A stretch of 64,000 nt of DNA from Spirochaetia bacterium. GTDB taxonomy: Bacteria > Spirochaetota > Spirochaetia > CADAEX01. The notes under the pieces are model-generated. The model did no database searches, was not told where the DNA came from, and saw only the letters and a list, made by a program, of their open reading frames with translations. Below are positions 29,627 through 40,487 of this stretch, in pieces (the first letter of the stretch is position 1; each line of letters starts with the position of its first letter). The translations under genes and the position numbers were made by a program. The stretch covers positions 1,344,001 to 1,408,000 of the forward strand of contig OY759746.1 in NCBI GenBank assembly GCA_963662795.1, in the 5' to 3' direction.

Positions 29627-30604
29627 ATGAAAACAAGATTCCGGATATTGCTGCCTGCCGCAGCCGCAGTTGCCTTTCTGATCTATTTTGCAGGACCTGA
29701 AATTAATATGGAAACCTCTTTTTCTGATGTACAGATACCGGAAAGCCCTGAAAACATAGAACAATATATCGAATCAGGTGAGGCTGAATATACAGATATT
29801 CGTCCCGGGACAGAAAAAAAAATAGTCTGGGCTGATGCCGGAGGCAGGAAAAGAGTAACTGAATATTCCATTATCTATCTTCACGGCTTTACGGCATCAA
29901 GGACAGAAACCGAACCTGTAACAGCAAATGTTGCATCAGCTCTTGGCGCCAACGTTTTTTACACACGCCTGAAAGGTCACGGACACTACCAGCTTGATGC
30001 CCAGGACAATGTAACCCTTTCAGACTGGCTTTTTGATGCAAAAGAAGCGCTGGAAATAGGGAAAAAAATCGGGGAAAAAGTGATTATCATCTCCTGCTCA
30101 TCAGGCGCACCCCTTGCCGCATGGCTTTGCAGCAATTTTCCTGAAAGCATATATTCTGCGGTAATGATTTCTCCCAATTTCAGACCGGCAGATTCGCGGG
30201 CAATGCTGATAGCAGAAAAATGGGGACCCTTAATCGCGAAACTCTCCGAAGGTGAGATAATTGGAGAACACGAGAAAATTGTCTCTCCTGCACATGCGGC
30301 AGGCTGGAGCTATATATATAAAACTGAGTTTCTTTTCCCGATGATAGCGCTTCTTGAAACTGTAAATAAAACAGATTTTACAAAAATAACCATTCCTCTT
30401 GCAGTTTTTTATTCTCCGGATGACATGATTGTAGATCAGAGGGAAACCATATCAGTTTATGAAAAGTGGGGGGCAGTTAAAAAACAGATATGTAAGGTAG
30501 AAAATCCCGGTGATAAAAATTCCCATATTATATGCGGAGATATTTTCTCTCCTGATACAACCGGCCTGGTTACCGGAGAAATAATTCAATTTATCAGAAA
30601 CTGA
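29627..30604 (+). CDS. Membrane-anchored alpha/beta hydrolase (esterase-like)
   Basis: N-terminal TM, YLHGF, SCSSG nucleophile elbow, D and H positions. Confidence 0.82.
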   Translation: MKTRFRILLPAAAAVAFLIYFAGPEINMETSFSDVQIPESPENIEQYIESGEAEYTDIRPGTEKKIVWADAGGRKRVTEYSIIYLHGFTASRTETEPVTANVASALGANVFYTRLKGHGHYQLDAQDNVTLSDWLFDAKEALEIGKKIGEKVIIISCSSGAPLAAWLCSNFPESIYSAVMISPNFRPADSRAMLIAEKWGPLIAKLSEGEIIGEHEKIVSPAHAAGWSYIYKTEFLFPMIALLETVNKTDFTKITIPLAVFYSPDDMIVDQRETISVYEKWGAVKKQICKVENPGDKNSHIICGDIFSPDTTGLVTGEIIQFIRN

Positions 30605-32459
30605 ATCTTTTCATTTCCTTTTCAAGCATAACTGCAGAGTGCTCAAGTTCCTCTGTAAGCCGGCTCAGCCCTTCGGATGAAAGAGAGATTGCGCCGGCTG
30701 CTTCTTCTGCGAATGCTGCCGCGGTTTTTGTCTCTGCAGAGGTACTTCGCATCAGCGCCATCTCCCGGCCAACCTCTTCCACCTTCTCCCTTATCTTTGC
30801 GGTACTTTCCGAGACAACATCTGATATGGAATCAAGATCATCTGAAAGGGCAAGGAGTCCTTTTCCGTCTGAATTTATCTTCTTGACCCGCTCCTCAACA
30901 TCAGTAAATGATTCAATAACACCTATTATATCATGATGAATGTTTTTAAAGCTTTCCGAGGTTTTGAGTCCTGCGTCAGAGAATTTGCCTACATTGCCGG
31001 TAATTTCCGACATGCTTCTTGAAATTCCGGAAGTGCTTTCTCCTGTTGAATCAGCAAGCTTTCTTATCTCCTGGGAAACAACCCCGAACCCTTTGCCGGC
31101 ATCCCCGGCATGAGCTGCTTCGATGGCAGCATTCATCGCGAGAATATTTGTCCTGTCAGCAATGTCAGTAATAATTTCAAGGATATTATCAATCTTTTTT
31201 ATGTTATTTTTAATATCTACAATATAGCGCATGGTATCTGCAAGGTTTTTGTTTTCATCTGCCGAACTGTTTACAAGTTTTTTTGAATTTTTAATTTTTT
31301 CCCTGCTGGACTCTGAAACAGCATTTATTGAAGAAAGCATAAGAGTTGTTGTTTCTGATGTTTTTCTGATAATCCCGCCCTGTTGTGAAATCTTCCCGAA
31401 TACACCTTCGATCCTGGTTGTAAGAAGCTCTGAATTCTCCGCTGTCTTTATTACACTCTCATCCAGGATCTCTGTCTGTTTTCTGACTGCCGCAATATTT
31501 TCTATGATGTTTTCAACTGATGTTCTGTTTCCCCTGCTTAACATTCCAAGCTTATCTTTAACAGTTTTATGTGCCTGAAATTGAAGCGTTATCCCGTTCA
31601 TCAGTTTTCTTGTGTTGTTTTTGACAAGATTGAGACTGTTTTTCAGCGATCCAAGTTCATCCCTTGAGTCAAGATCCAGGTCTTCAGACAAAAGATTCCC
31701 TTCCGCAAGACTGATCGCGAGTTTTTTGCAGTCAAATATCCTTTTATTGATACCGGTAAAAAGCAGCAGGATATTAATAATTGTCAGCAATACACCGGCA
31801 GCATTTACCGGAAGGATCCTTTTTATCATTGCATTATTCATCAGCTGCATTCCTGATGCATCAATGGATTCAGCCGCCGCTGAAGCCGGCAGACTGAAAT
31901 ATTTTATTGATATCATCTGTATTGCAATCATTGAGAAAAGAGTCAAAGAGATAACCAGGGTAAACCGCATTGTGATGCTCATTGAAATGTATCTGTTGTC
32001 AAAAGGAATTTTACTGCCTGCTTTTTCAAAAATTCTGATAAAAAGAATGTAAAAAGGGATACCTGTCATAAAAACAGCTGAAGCAAACAGAATAACAGTA
32101 TCTCCGACAGGAGACGGAACTCCGGCGCTTTTCAGGGTTATTAGAGGGATCAATATTCCATAAAGAACACTGAAAAGAAGTATTTTTCTCGGTGTTTTGA
32201 CAATATTTTTTAAAATACTTACTGTTAACCTTTCATCACCTGCTGCACTGCCATAATTTACAATTTGAAGTGCATTACGCCTCACGTTAAGAAGGATAAA
32301 GAGATGATACGCAAATACTGAAGCAACTGTAAGAGGGTTAAAAATCATAATTATTGTTTTTTCGAAAGAGATTAACCCGATATAACTGAAAATAAACGGA
32401 GACAAAACTGTGGGAACCGCTGTAATCAGAAGTACAACAAGCAGATTTATTTTTTTCAT
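30594..32459 (-). CDS. Methyl-accepting chemotaxis protein with multi-TM N-terminus
   Basis: About six hydrophobic helices, [29 protein letters not shown]. Confidence 0.93.
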   Translation of the reverse strand: MKKINLLVVLLITAVPTVLSPFIFSYIGLISFEKTIIMIFNPLTVASVFAYHLFILLNVRRNALQIVNYGSAAGDERLTVSILKNIVKTPRKILLFSVLYGILIPLITLKSAGVPSPVGDTVILFASAVFMTGIPFYILFIRIFEKAGSKIPFDNRYISMSITMRFTLVISLTLFSMIAIQMISIKYFSLPASAAAESIDASGMQLMNNAMIKRILPVNAAGVLLTIINILLLFTGINKRIFDCKKLAISLAEGNLLSEDLDLDSRDELGSLKNSLNLVKNNTRKLMNGITLQFQAHKTVKDKLGMLSRGNRTSVENIIENIAAVRKQTEILDESVIKTAENSELLTTRIEGVFGKISQQGGIIRKTSETTTLMLSSINAVSESSREKIKNSKKLVNSSADENKNLADTMRYIVDIKNNIKKIDNILEIITDIADRTNILAMNAAIEAAHAGDAGKGFGVVSQEIRKLADSTGESTSGISRSMSEITGNVGKFSDAGLKTSESFKNIHHDIIGVIESFTDVEERVKKINSDGKGLLALSDDLDSISDVVSESTAKIREKVEEVGREMALMRSTSAETKTAAAFAEEAAGAISLSSEGLSRLTEELEHSAVMLEKEMKRFSF

Positions 32460-32522
32460 TTTAAGGCACCTTTATAAGTCCGAACCTGTTAATTCTATCA
32501 ATATTTATTAATAATTGTAAAC

Positions 32523-32552
32523 AAAAAAACCCGGAGCACTTTCTCTCCGGGT
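32523..32552 (-). terminator. Terminator after wrbA
   Basis: ACCCGGAG..CTCCGGGT followed by a T run on the minus strand. Confidence 0.7.
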
Positions 32553-32577
32553 CTGGTCTTTATTCCATTTTTTAAAA

Positions 32578-33189
32578 CTATCTGAAAAGTTTTACCGCTA
32601 TCTCAGCAACATGTTTACCCTGAAACCTTGCTATGGCTAGTTCATCTTCGCTCGGCATTCTGCTTCCGTCTCCCCCGGTTATTGTCGTTGCTCCGTAAGG
32701 AGAGCCGCCCGACATGCTTTTTATATTACTAAGCCTTGCTTCTGAATATGGGACCCCGGCTATTATCATTCCCTGATGAAGAAGTGTTGTGTGGAAACTC
32801 AGGATTGTTGATTCCTGACCTCCATGCTGTGTCGCGCTTGAAGTAAAAACGCTTCCAAGCTTGCCAATAAGAGCTCCTGTAGCCCAGAGACCTCCTGTTG
32901 AATCAAGAAAAGCCCTCATCTGGGCGCTCATCATTCCGAATCTTGTCGGCACTCCGAATATTACTGCGTCTGATTTTTCAAGAACACTTAAATCCGCAAC
33001 AGGGATATTTGACATCATTTTTGCACTTTCAAGAGCACCCATGTTTTCCAGTATCCCGTTATCCAGCGTCTCGGGAACCCTGTAAAGGGAAACTTCCGCT
33101 CCCTTGACGCTTTCAGCTCCTTCTGCAACTGCTTCCGCCATTTTAAATATATGCCCGTACATGCTGTAAAATACTATGCTTAGTTTCAT
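32578..33189 (-). CDS. wrbA: NAD(P)H:quinone oxidoreductase WrbA
   Basis: YSMYGH, PTRFG, TQHGGQE, GGSPYGA. Confidence 0.96.
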   Translation of the reverse strand: MKLSIVFYSMYGHIFKMAEAVAEGAESVKGAEVSLYRVPETLDNGILENMGALESAKMMSNIPVADLSVLEKSDAVIFGVPTRFGMMSAQMRAFLDSTGGLWATGALIGKLGSVFTSSATQHGGQESTILSFHTTLLHQGMIIAGVPYSEARLSNIKSMSGGSPYGATTITGGDGSRMPSEDELAIARFQGKHVAEIAVKLFR

Positions 33190-33321
33190 TATAAATCCTC
33201 CTATATCATACTGAATATATATGATTTAAAATAATACATTTCCTTCATAAAGCCAACTAAATTGTATTACCGGGTATAATTTTTATTGAAAAGATAATGA
33301 AAATACCATGATTTACTCTAT

Positions 33322-33350
33322 TTGACTTTGGAGATAAGTACGATTACAAT
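33322..33350 (+). promoter_or_regulatory. Promoter for the HD-GYP gene
   Basis: TTGACT-17-TACAAT. Confidence 0.6.
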
Positions 33351-33380
33351 ACATGTATTATAATTTTATATAAAAAACAT

Positions 33381-34454
33381 ATGGAAAAACACACTGCTGA
33401 TGTAAAAAGTCCAAAAACCTTCTTTGCCCGCCTTTCTCCGGAGGAATCTTCTCTTATTAAAGGTTATTCAAAAGAAAAAAAATATCTGCCGGGCGATGTA
33501 ATAGTACGGGAAAAGACCCTCACAGACACATTCTGCATAATAAAAAAGGGAAGCGTCGAAGTTACAAAGAAATACATGGACAGTGAAGATATGGTGCTTG
33601 CAGTAATGGGAGACGGGGATTTTTTCGGAGAAATGGCTCTGCTCGACCAGGGAACAAGGTCTGCAACTGTTAAAGCCCTGACATCAACCACCATTTATGA
33701 AATTTCAAGAAAGAGCTTTGAGCTTCTGCTTAAAAAACAGCCCGACCTTGCCTATACAATACTCCGGGAGCTTTCAACAAGGCTGAGGGAAGCCGGAACC
33801 CTCCTTGTCGCACATCTTGAAAGAAAAAACAGGCAGCTCAGCCAGGCCTATATAGACACTGTCCAGGTTCTGGTTAACGCGCTTGAAGCCAGGGATACCT
33901 ATACATCAGGACATACTGCCAGAGTCACCGTAATAGCCAAGGAAATTGCCAGAAAGATGGGAATGGCGCCCGAAGACCTTTATACCCTCGAAATGGGAGC
34001 ACTCCTCCACGATGTTGGAAAGATCGGCATTCCGGATTCTGTACTTGGCAAACCGGGTCCGCTTGAAAAATCCGAATTCCAGATTATAGCCGGTCATCCG
34101 GGTATGGGAGGACAGATTTTAAAAAATATTGAATATCTTGAAAATTCACTCCCTTCCGTGATGTCTCATCACGAAAGATTTGACGGAAAAGGATACCCTG
34201 AAGGGCTTGCCGGCAAGTCTATTCCCCTTGCAGGAAGAATAATTGCCGTAGCAGACAGTTTCGATGCCATGATAAGCAGCAGACCGTACAGGGAAAAGAT
34301 AGATATCAAGGAAGCGGTAAAAGAACTCAGAAGATGCTCGGGTACCCAGTTTGACAGCGATATTGTTGAAACATTTATCAAAATCATCGAAAGCGGCGGG
34401 ATTGATTATTTAAACATATCTCCCGGGCTGCCGCAGTCTTCCGAAAGCACCTGA
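33381..34454 (+). CDS. cNMP-binding domain plus HD-GYP phosphodiesterase
   Basis: FFGEMALL..RSATV; LHDVGK, HHERFDGKGYP, VADSFDAM. Confidence 0.93.
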   Translation: MEKHTADVKSPKTFFARLSPEESSLIKGYSKEKKYLPGDVIVREKTLTDTFCIIKKGSVEVTKKYMDSEDMVLAVMGDGDFFGEMALLDQGTRSATVKALTSTTIYEISRKSFELLLKKQPDLAYTILRELSTRLREAGTLLVAHLERKNRQLSQAYIDTVQVLVNALEARDTYTSGHTARVTVIAKEIARKMGMAPEDLYTLEMGALLHDVGKIGIPDSVLGKPGPLEKSEFQIIAGHPGMGGQILKNIEYLENSLPSVMSHHERFDGKGYPEGLAGKSIPLAGRIIAVADSFDAMISSRPYREKIDIKEAVKELRRCSGTQFDSDIVETFIKIIESGGIDYLNISPGLPQSSEST

Positions 34455-34469
34455 AATATCCCCGAACTG

Positions 34470-35918
34470 TCAGATTAGTTTTTCTGACCTGTCTCTTCCT
34501 TTTTCCTTTGCCATATATAAGGCCCTGTCCGCCCGTTCAAGCGCGGCATCCGGGGAAGAAATATCGGCATCCGTAAACTGCGAAACCCCGCAGCTGATTG
34601 TAATATTAAGCGTCTCTCCATTTATGATAAACACTTTTTCCTTAACAGCGGTCCTAAGCTTTTCCGCAGTGGTAAAAGCATCGTCCATACTGCAGCCTTT
34701 AAGAATGATAAAGAATTCCTCTCCGCCCCAACGGCAGATGGCATCGCTTTTTCTGAGCTGATTTTTAAGAATATCCGCAGTTTTTTTAAGGATCACATCT
34801 CCGTTCAGGTGGCCGAAAGTATCATTGACTTTTTTAAAATAATCCAGGTCAATGAAAATAAATGAGATAAGGGTCTTGTTTCTTTTGTTTTCATTGACAG
34901 TCTGATTTACTATTATATCAAACGACTGCCTGTTTAAAAGACCTGTAAGCTTATCGGTCGACGCAAGTTTTTCAATTCTGGCCTGATAGGATGAGATGGC
35001 ACGCCATAGCAGAAAAAAAACAACAGCTGTAACAAATAAACAGAGTAAAAGATTTATAATCAATGTATTTAAGATAATCCCCGCAGCTTCTTCATCACTT
35101 TCCTCGACAAGAAGATACCAGTCGAATTCACTGATATACCTTGTATTTAGATAATATGTCCTGCCGTCATTTTTATAGGTATAGGTTCCGTTTTCACCGC
35201 CGATTATTTTATCCGCAAAACTCGACAAACCTGACATTTCCCGGATATTTTCACTCTGACCATCTGTACTTGAAGCCCGGAGAGTAACGTTTCCGCTGTT
35301 GTCTACAAAAAAGATATTTCTTTTATATTTTTGCTGATATATCTTGATCAGTGTCGCAACCGAGTTAACAGTCAGGCCCACACCGGTAGCTCCGATATAG
35401 TTACCGTCATAATCAAATACCTTATAGTTGATAAAAATTGTCATGGCATCATTATTGGAAAGGTCAGGATCAATATTGATTTCATATTCATCTTTCATAT
35501 CCCTGACACGGTAATACCAGACATCCCTCTCTTCATCAGGGCTTACCTGCTTTAATATTCCGCCGGCATAATAATAGTTGCCTGTTTTCTCTGAAACAAA
35601 AAAACTTGTAACAGTTGAATATTTTTCTTTAATTTCTTTCAGATACTTTGTAATCTCTGCGGGATCTGCCTCTCCGTTCAGGACCCAGTCCCGTAAAAAT
35701 GTATCGTTTGCCATCAGGGAACATATAAATATCGGCCGGAGAAGGTCTCTCTGTATTTCCGAGTAAATATTGTCGCTTGTAAGAGGCAGGGTATTCAGGG
35801 TAATTTCTTTTTTCAGAGAGAACCTTGATGTAAAATAACTCGCAAAACTTGTTGCAAGAAATCCTGCAGCCAAAAGCAGGGTAATTATCAGCATCAGCCT
35901 GTATTTTTTATTAAACAC
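34470..35918 (-). CDS. Cache-sensor diguanylate cyclase
   Basis: Two TM helices around a periplasmic domain; RKSD I-site, GGEEF. Confidence 0.93.
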   Translation of the reverse strand: MFNKKYRLMLIITLLLAAGFLATSFASYFTSRFSLKKEITLNTLPLTSDNIYSEIQRDLLRPIFICSLMANDTFLRDWVLNGEADPAEITKYLKEIKEKYSTVTSFFVSEKTGNYYYAGGILKQVSPDEERDVWYYRVRDMKDEYEINIDPDLSNNDAMTIFINYKVFDYDGNYIGATGVGLTVNSVATLIKIYQQKYKRNIFFVDNSGNVTLRASSTDGQSENIREMSGLSSFADKIIGGENGTYTYKNDGRTYYLNTRYISEFDWYLLVEESDEEAAGIILNTLIINLLLCLFVTAVVFFLLWRAISSYQARIEKLASTDKLTGLLNRQSFDIIVNQTVNENKRNKTLISFIFIDLDYFKKVNDTFGHLNGDVILKKTADILKNQLRKSDAICRWGGEEFFIILKGCSMDDAFTTAEKLRTAVKEKVFIINGETLNITISCGVSQFTDADISSPDAALERADRALYMAKEKGRDRSEKLI

Positions 35919-35966
35919 CAGACAATTCTCCTAGTATTATCATATATTTTTTTCACTCCATAGTCT

Positions 35967-37244
35967 TTACCTGCGCACCCTGTAAAGCCGCTCTTTTTTC
36001 TTTTCCTGGCCGGGTAAATTAAAACTTACCATAACCGAAACAATTGTAACAAGAAGTGAAACCAGGATAATTGAATTAAACGGAAAACCGGCATCAAGTA
36101 TGAAGCCGAAAAGGGCAGGGCTTGCCGCAGTGTTTAAGACACTGATCATCGCAAATACAGACCTTATGCTGCCGATATTTTTCGTACCGAATACTTCCGC
36201 GAGGACTGCGGTTTTAACTGTGGAACTGATTCCGATTGAAATACCGGTCAGGATAAGGTAGAGGGGCGCGATAAACGGATTGTGGAAAAACAGCAGGGCG
36301 GTAAGGGCAGCTGCAAACGGTATTAGATAATACGGAAGCATCTTTACTGCCGTGTACCTGTCAACAAGCGGGCCTCCGGCAAGGGAAAACACGGCCCGTC
36401 CGGCTGCGTAAAGTATAAACGATGAAGTAATCAACTCAACAGGCCACCCTTTGTCAGAGGCGAGAACAAGCTGATAGAAAAACAGTCCCGTGACAACAAA
36501 CGGCTGCAGAAAGGAATTGGAGGCGATTATATAGAAACGCCTGTCTGTAAAAAGTTTTTTTCTGCTGAATTCACCGGAAGGGAGCCCCTTCCCGCCGGAA
36601 CCATTATTGATATCAGGTTTGTTTTTAAGCTCCCGGGCTGTCTGCTTTTCCGTCCCATCCCTGAATTCACGGTTTCCCATCACAAGAATAATGACAGGAA
36701 GAAGTATCAGGAAAAGGAAAGCGGCATTGAAAAACATTGAAATCCGCCAGCCGAATGAGGCTGTAATCATACCGGTTATTACAGGAAGAAAACCTTCTCC
36801 GGCTGAATAACCCAGGGAAGCTATGCTCAGGGCCTTGCCCCGCGCCGCTGTAAAATACCGTGAAACAGAAGTACTTGAGATATGGGTCAGGAGCCCCTGT
36901 CCCGCAAACCTTAAGCCCCAGATGCCGAAAAAGATCATGATTATGTTAAAGGCGGATCCGGTAAGAATGCCCGCGGCTGTAAAAACAAGAATTGCAGCTG
37001 TTGTATATTTTTTAAGAGGCCAGGTATCCATAAGATTACCGGCATACATCAGCGCAAAAGCGCTAAGCACTGTTGCAGCCCCGTAGATTGAACCGAAAAC
37101 GGAATTTGAAATCCCGAAATCCTTCATTATGCCCGGAACATAAAGAGAAACAAGAAATGTCTGCCCGAAGCTTGAAAAAAATGCAAGAAGGAAACCGGAA
37201 ATTACTATCCGCATCCCGTCGGTAATTTTCCCTTTAAAAAACAT
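35967..37244 (-). CDS. MFS transporter (start probably ATG 37244)
   Basis: About 12 hydrophobic segments, SSFGQTF, GPLVDRY. Confidence 0.9.
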   Translation of the reverse strand: MFFKGKITDGMRIVISGFLLAFFSSFGQTFLVSLYVPGIMKDFGISNSVFGSIYGAATVLSAFALMYAGNLMDTWPLKKYTTAAILVFTAAGILTGSAFNIIMIFFGIWGLRFAGQGLLTHISSTSVSRYFTAARGKALSIASLGYSAGEGFLPVITGMITASFGWRISMFFNAAFLFLILLPVIILVMGNREFRDGTEKQTARELKNKPDINNGSGGKGLPSGEFSRKKLFTDRRFYIIASNSFLQPFVVTGLFFYQLVLASDKGWPVELITSSFILYAAGRAVFSLAGGPLVDRYTAVKMLPYYLIPFAAALTALLFFHNPFIAPLYLILTGISIGISSTVKTAVLAEVFGTKNIGSIRSVFAMISVLNTAASPALFGFILDAGFPFNSIILVSLLVTIVSVMVSFNLPGQEKKKERLYRVRR

Positions 37245-37357
37245 GCTCCTAATATAAGAAAAACATTTGAGAGCGGATACAGCAGAGAACAATTAAAATG
37301 AGCAAAGAACTGCCGGAAACTTTTTGGGGCCCACAGCCGGGAATATTTAAAAAGTCT

Positions 37358-38254
37358 TTAAAACTTCAGTACCATTCCTGTCTGAAGCGGTTTGAATGCA
37401 GGACCGAAAGCGCCGTAAAGTGACGCCTGCGCCCGGAAGCCGGTGCAGTGGCCGGGAACAATGGATTTTATGGTAAACTTTTTCAGTGCGTCGGTTGTCT
37501 TTTTTATCCTCTCATCCGGGGCTTCAACAAGGTGAAAGCCGCCGGTCACACACTCGAATTCCCTTGTCCCGCAGACCTGTGAAACCTGAGTCACAATATT
37601 GACTATTCCGGCGTGGCTGCATCCTGTAAGAATTACAGGCGCCTTTCCCCTGACGCAGGCGGCAATAGATACATCATCCATCATCGGATCAGGTTTTACC
37701 TGTCCTTTGTCAATTGTTGAAAGGCTTATACCGGCCTCTTCGAAATCCGTCACCCGTTTTATCTCGCCTGTAGTAAAAATGCCGCTCATCAACTGAAGAG
37801 GATCTCTGGAAAGATAAAGCTCCGCGCCGGCGTCCCTTAAAGCTTCTTCCCTGTCACCCATCATCACGCCTACGTTGCGAAGATAAGGAAATGTGATAAA
37901 ATTAAGGCGGAATATGGAAGGATGAGCTATAACAGGAAGATCCTTTTTACCGATTGCCTTAAGGACTTCGGTGAGTCCCTGCGTATGGTCATAGTGGCAG
38001 TGGGTAAGGACAATGCTGTCTATTTCCGGGGGATCAATTTTCATCACCCTGAAGTTTTCAAGCAGGGCAGAAGGGTTCTGTCCGACATCCATCAGGATAG
38101 TTCTTGATATACCCTCCCTGATGCCCCTTAAAAGGAGAGAAATCCCATGCTGGCCGAGATACGGGCTCTCATACTGAACAGAGTCCTCGCACATCACAGT
38201 AACTTCAAGCTCATCAAGTTCACCGTAAGGCTTATTTACTTTTAATTCCGACAT
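37358..38254 (-). CDS. Metallo-beta-lactamase fold hydrolase (MJ0301-like subfamily)
   Basis: HGISLL, THCHYDHT, TGCSHAGIVN, GGFHL, PGHCTG. Confidence 0.88.
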   Translation of the reverse strand: MSELKVNKPYGELDELEVTVMCEDSVQYESPYLGQHGISLLLRGIREGISRTILMDVGQNPSALLENFRVMKIDPPEIDSIVLTHCHYDHTQGLTEVLKAIGKKDLPVIAHPSIFRLNFITFPYLRNVGVMMGDREEALRDAGAELYLSRDPLQLMSGIFTTGEIKRVTDFEEAGISLSTIDKGQVKPDPMMDDVSIAACVRGKAPVILTGCSHAGIVNIVTQVSQVCGTREFECVTGGFHLVEAPDERIKKTTDALKKFTIKSIVPGHCTGFRAQASLYGAFGPAFKPLQTGMVLKF

Positions 38255-38333
38255 GGCAATCTCTCCTTTTTTTGTGCCCCGTGTAATCTTTTGTTAATTG
38301 AAAAACAAGTTAAGCTTACCGGGGCTGATGGAT

Positions 38334-39650
38334 TTAAGCTGCGGGAGTCCCGCTATTTTTTTTCATATTAGTAATCAGATAGACAATCAGCATAACGGCA
38401 AGTGTCGGCACAAGCCATCCGAAATTAATTTTTCCAAGCGGCAGCATGGCTACGTTTTTGCTTACAAAATTGCCCGGAAATCCAACACCGGTAAGAAAAT
38501 CCCCGATGCTGAATACAAGGGCTGTTATAACACCGGATGCTATCACTTTTTTGAATTTATCAAAGCTGTAGGACAGGGATGCGATGATAAGCACAACAAC
38601 AGACGGATAGATGAGCATGAGCCAGGGAATTGTAAAGCGGACTATGCGGCTTAGGCCTACCAAGCCAAAAACAAAACCGATTATGCTTGCGGCCGCCGTT
38701 GTCCATATATATTTGATTTTCCCCTTGCTGACTTCTTTAAGCATATCCCCCGCCATCGAGGTGATGCTGGCCGAGGTCGTAAGACAAGCGAAAGCTATGA
38801 GGACCGCAAAGATTGCCTTACCGATAACGCCAAGCAGGGATGCGGCAACTTCTACAGAAAGGGCCCCAATAGGGGCATCAGGGAAAAGTGATCCTGTTGT
38901 CGCGCCCAGGTAAACAAGCCCTGTTGAAGTAAGGCCTAGCGCAATTGCGGTAAGAAATCCAAGCGCTGTAAGGTTCCTGTCCTGTGCTTTTTTATCATTT
39001 ATATTGCGCAGTGTAAGCTCATTTAAAATCCAGCCTCCGAAGAGAAATGCGGCAAGTGCATTCATGGTATTATAACCGTTAAGCATGCCTCCGCCGACAG
39101 CGCCGGTCATTCCGGTAGAAGAGGCAGGGGCTCCGGGAGAAAATATCCCGCGAAGTAAAAGAATTACAACAAATGCGATTAAAAGGGGCGCAAGCAGTTT
39201 CCCTATGCGGTCTATAACCTTGACCCTTGAAAACGCAAGATAGAAATTCAGTACGAAATATATAATCAGGAAAAACCACAGCGCGGTTCCGGGAAAAAAG
39301 GATGCGACAGACATTTCATAGGTCGCAGACGATACTCTGGGCAGTATGAAAAATACTTCGATAAGAACAGGAACCGCAACATAGATCCCGCCGCCGACCC
39401 TGCCGAGTGTTTTCTGGGCAATACCAGCAAGGGTTTGCCCCTGCCTCGCGCATGCCATATAGGCAAGCCAGACTCCGAGGCTGTTAACGATAAAATACCC
39501 CAAAGCAGCAGGAAACCAGGCTGACCCTGCGCCGCGCCCGAGTATTACCGGGAAAATCACATCGCCGACACCGAAGTGCCCGGCAAACATCGCTCCTGAA
39601 ATTACAAACAGCGTAATGAGCGGCAGATACTTTCTAGAATCATTTTCCAT
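38334..39650 (-). CDS. brnQ: LIVCS-family branched-chain amino acid carrier (BrnQ-like)
   Basis: FAGHFGVGDVIFP, LPR, DRIGKLLAP, GYNTMNALAA, ACLTT. Confidence 0.85.
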   Translation of the reverse strand: MENDSRKYLPLITLFVISGAMFAGHFGVGDVIFPVILGRGAGSAWFPAALGYFIVNSLGVWLAYMACARQGQTLAGIAQKTLGRVGGGIYVAVPVLIEVFFILPRVSSATYEMSVASFFPGTALWFFLIIYFVLNFYLAFSRVKVIDRIGKLLAPLLIAFVVILLLRGIFSPGAPASSTGMTGAVGGGMLNGYNTMNALAAFLFGGWILNELTLRNINDKKAQDRNLTALGFLTAIALGLTSTGLVYLGATTGSLFPDAPIGALSVEVAASLLGVIGKAIFAVLIAFACLTTSASITSMAGDMLKEVSKGKIKYIWTTAAASIIGFVFGLVGLSRIVRFTIPWLMLIYPSVVVLIIASLSYSFDKFKKVIASGVITALVFSIGDFLTGVGFPGNFVSKNVAMLPLGKINFGWLVPTLAVMLIVYLITNMKKNSGTPAA

Positions 39651-39661
39651 AGAACCTCCTG

Positions 39662-39898
39662 TTATTTACGGAAATCACGTTTTCCGATTCCCTTGCTTTT
39701 CGGTGCACCTTCATGATCATAGGGGCATCCCTCGCATGTATCTCTTGAATAGCACTCCATAGCGAACTCTACCCATGAAGTAAAGCTGTCTCCCCAATGC
39801 TCGTTTAAAACAGGGAGAAACTTATCCCAGGTTTCTTCGGGAATAGCTATATTGAGGCGCCTTTTCTTTTTTTTACTATCAGGTCTGCAGTATTCCAT
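39662..39898 (-). CDS. Small hypothetical protein, ribbon-helix-helix-like with C-terminal CxxC
   Basis: RRLNIAIP strand, helix, GDS turn, helix, then CEGCP; stop abuts the AGGAGG SD of brnQ. Confidence 0.6.
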   Translation of the reverse strand: MEYCRPDSKKKKRRLNIAIPEETWDKFLPVLNEHWGDSFTSWVEFAMECYSRDTCEGCPYDHEGAPKSKGIGKRDFRK

Positions 39899-40004
39899 AC
39901 GGCTTTTTCTATTCCATATATGTATTATTTATACAGATAAATCATCTGTATGATGTATTGTTATACGGCTTATACAAATTGTCAAGAAAAACCCGTTCCT
40001 TTGG

Positions 40005-40487
40005 GTGTATTTAAAGCAGCAGGTATCGATACCGGGCGCTAAAATCCTTAAAACAGCAATGGTTCATGAGCTTGTAATGGAAGCGGATGTTATAATTAAT
40101 GTGCCGGTTTTAAAACACCACGGCAGCACAAGGATGACTTCCTCACTTAAAAACCTGATGGGTGCAATCTGGGACAGGCAGTTCTACCACGCGTCAGGAT
40201 TAAGCCAGTACATTGCAGAGTTTCCGCTTCTGAGAAAACCGGCGCTCAATGCTATTGACGCATATACAGTGATGACATCAGGCGGTCCGCAGGGTTCATC
40301 CTACAGGTCGGCGCTTGAGGTAAAAAAGATGCAGATTTTGTCCGCTGATATGGTAGCGGCAGATTCCGCCGCAGCGAAGGTTCTGGGGCATGATCCTGAT
40401 GATATCAGATACATAACAATGGCATCTGACTTAAAGCTCGGCAGTAATAACCTTGATTCACTTCTGATTAAAAGGATAATCCTTTGA
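40005..40487 (+). pseudogene. 5'-truncated DUF362-domain gene
   Basis: Starts mid-domain (ADVIINVPVLKHH, KNLMG, DMVAAD); N-terminal KPN part absent. Confidence 0.7.
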
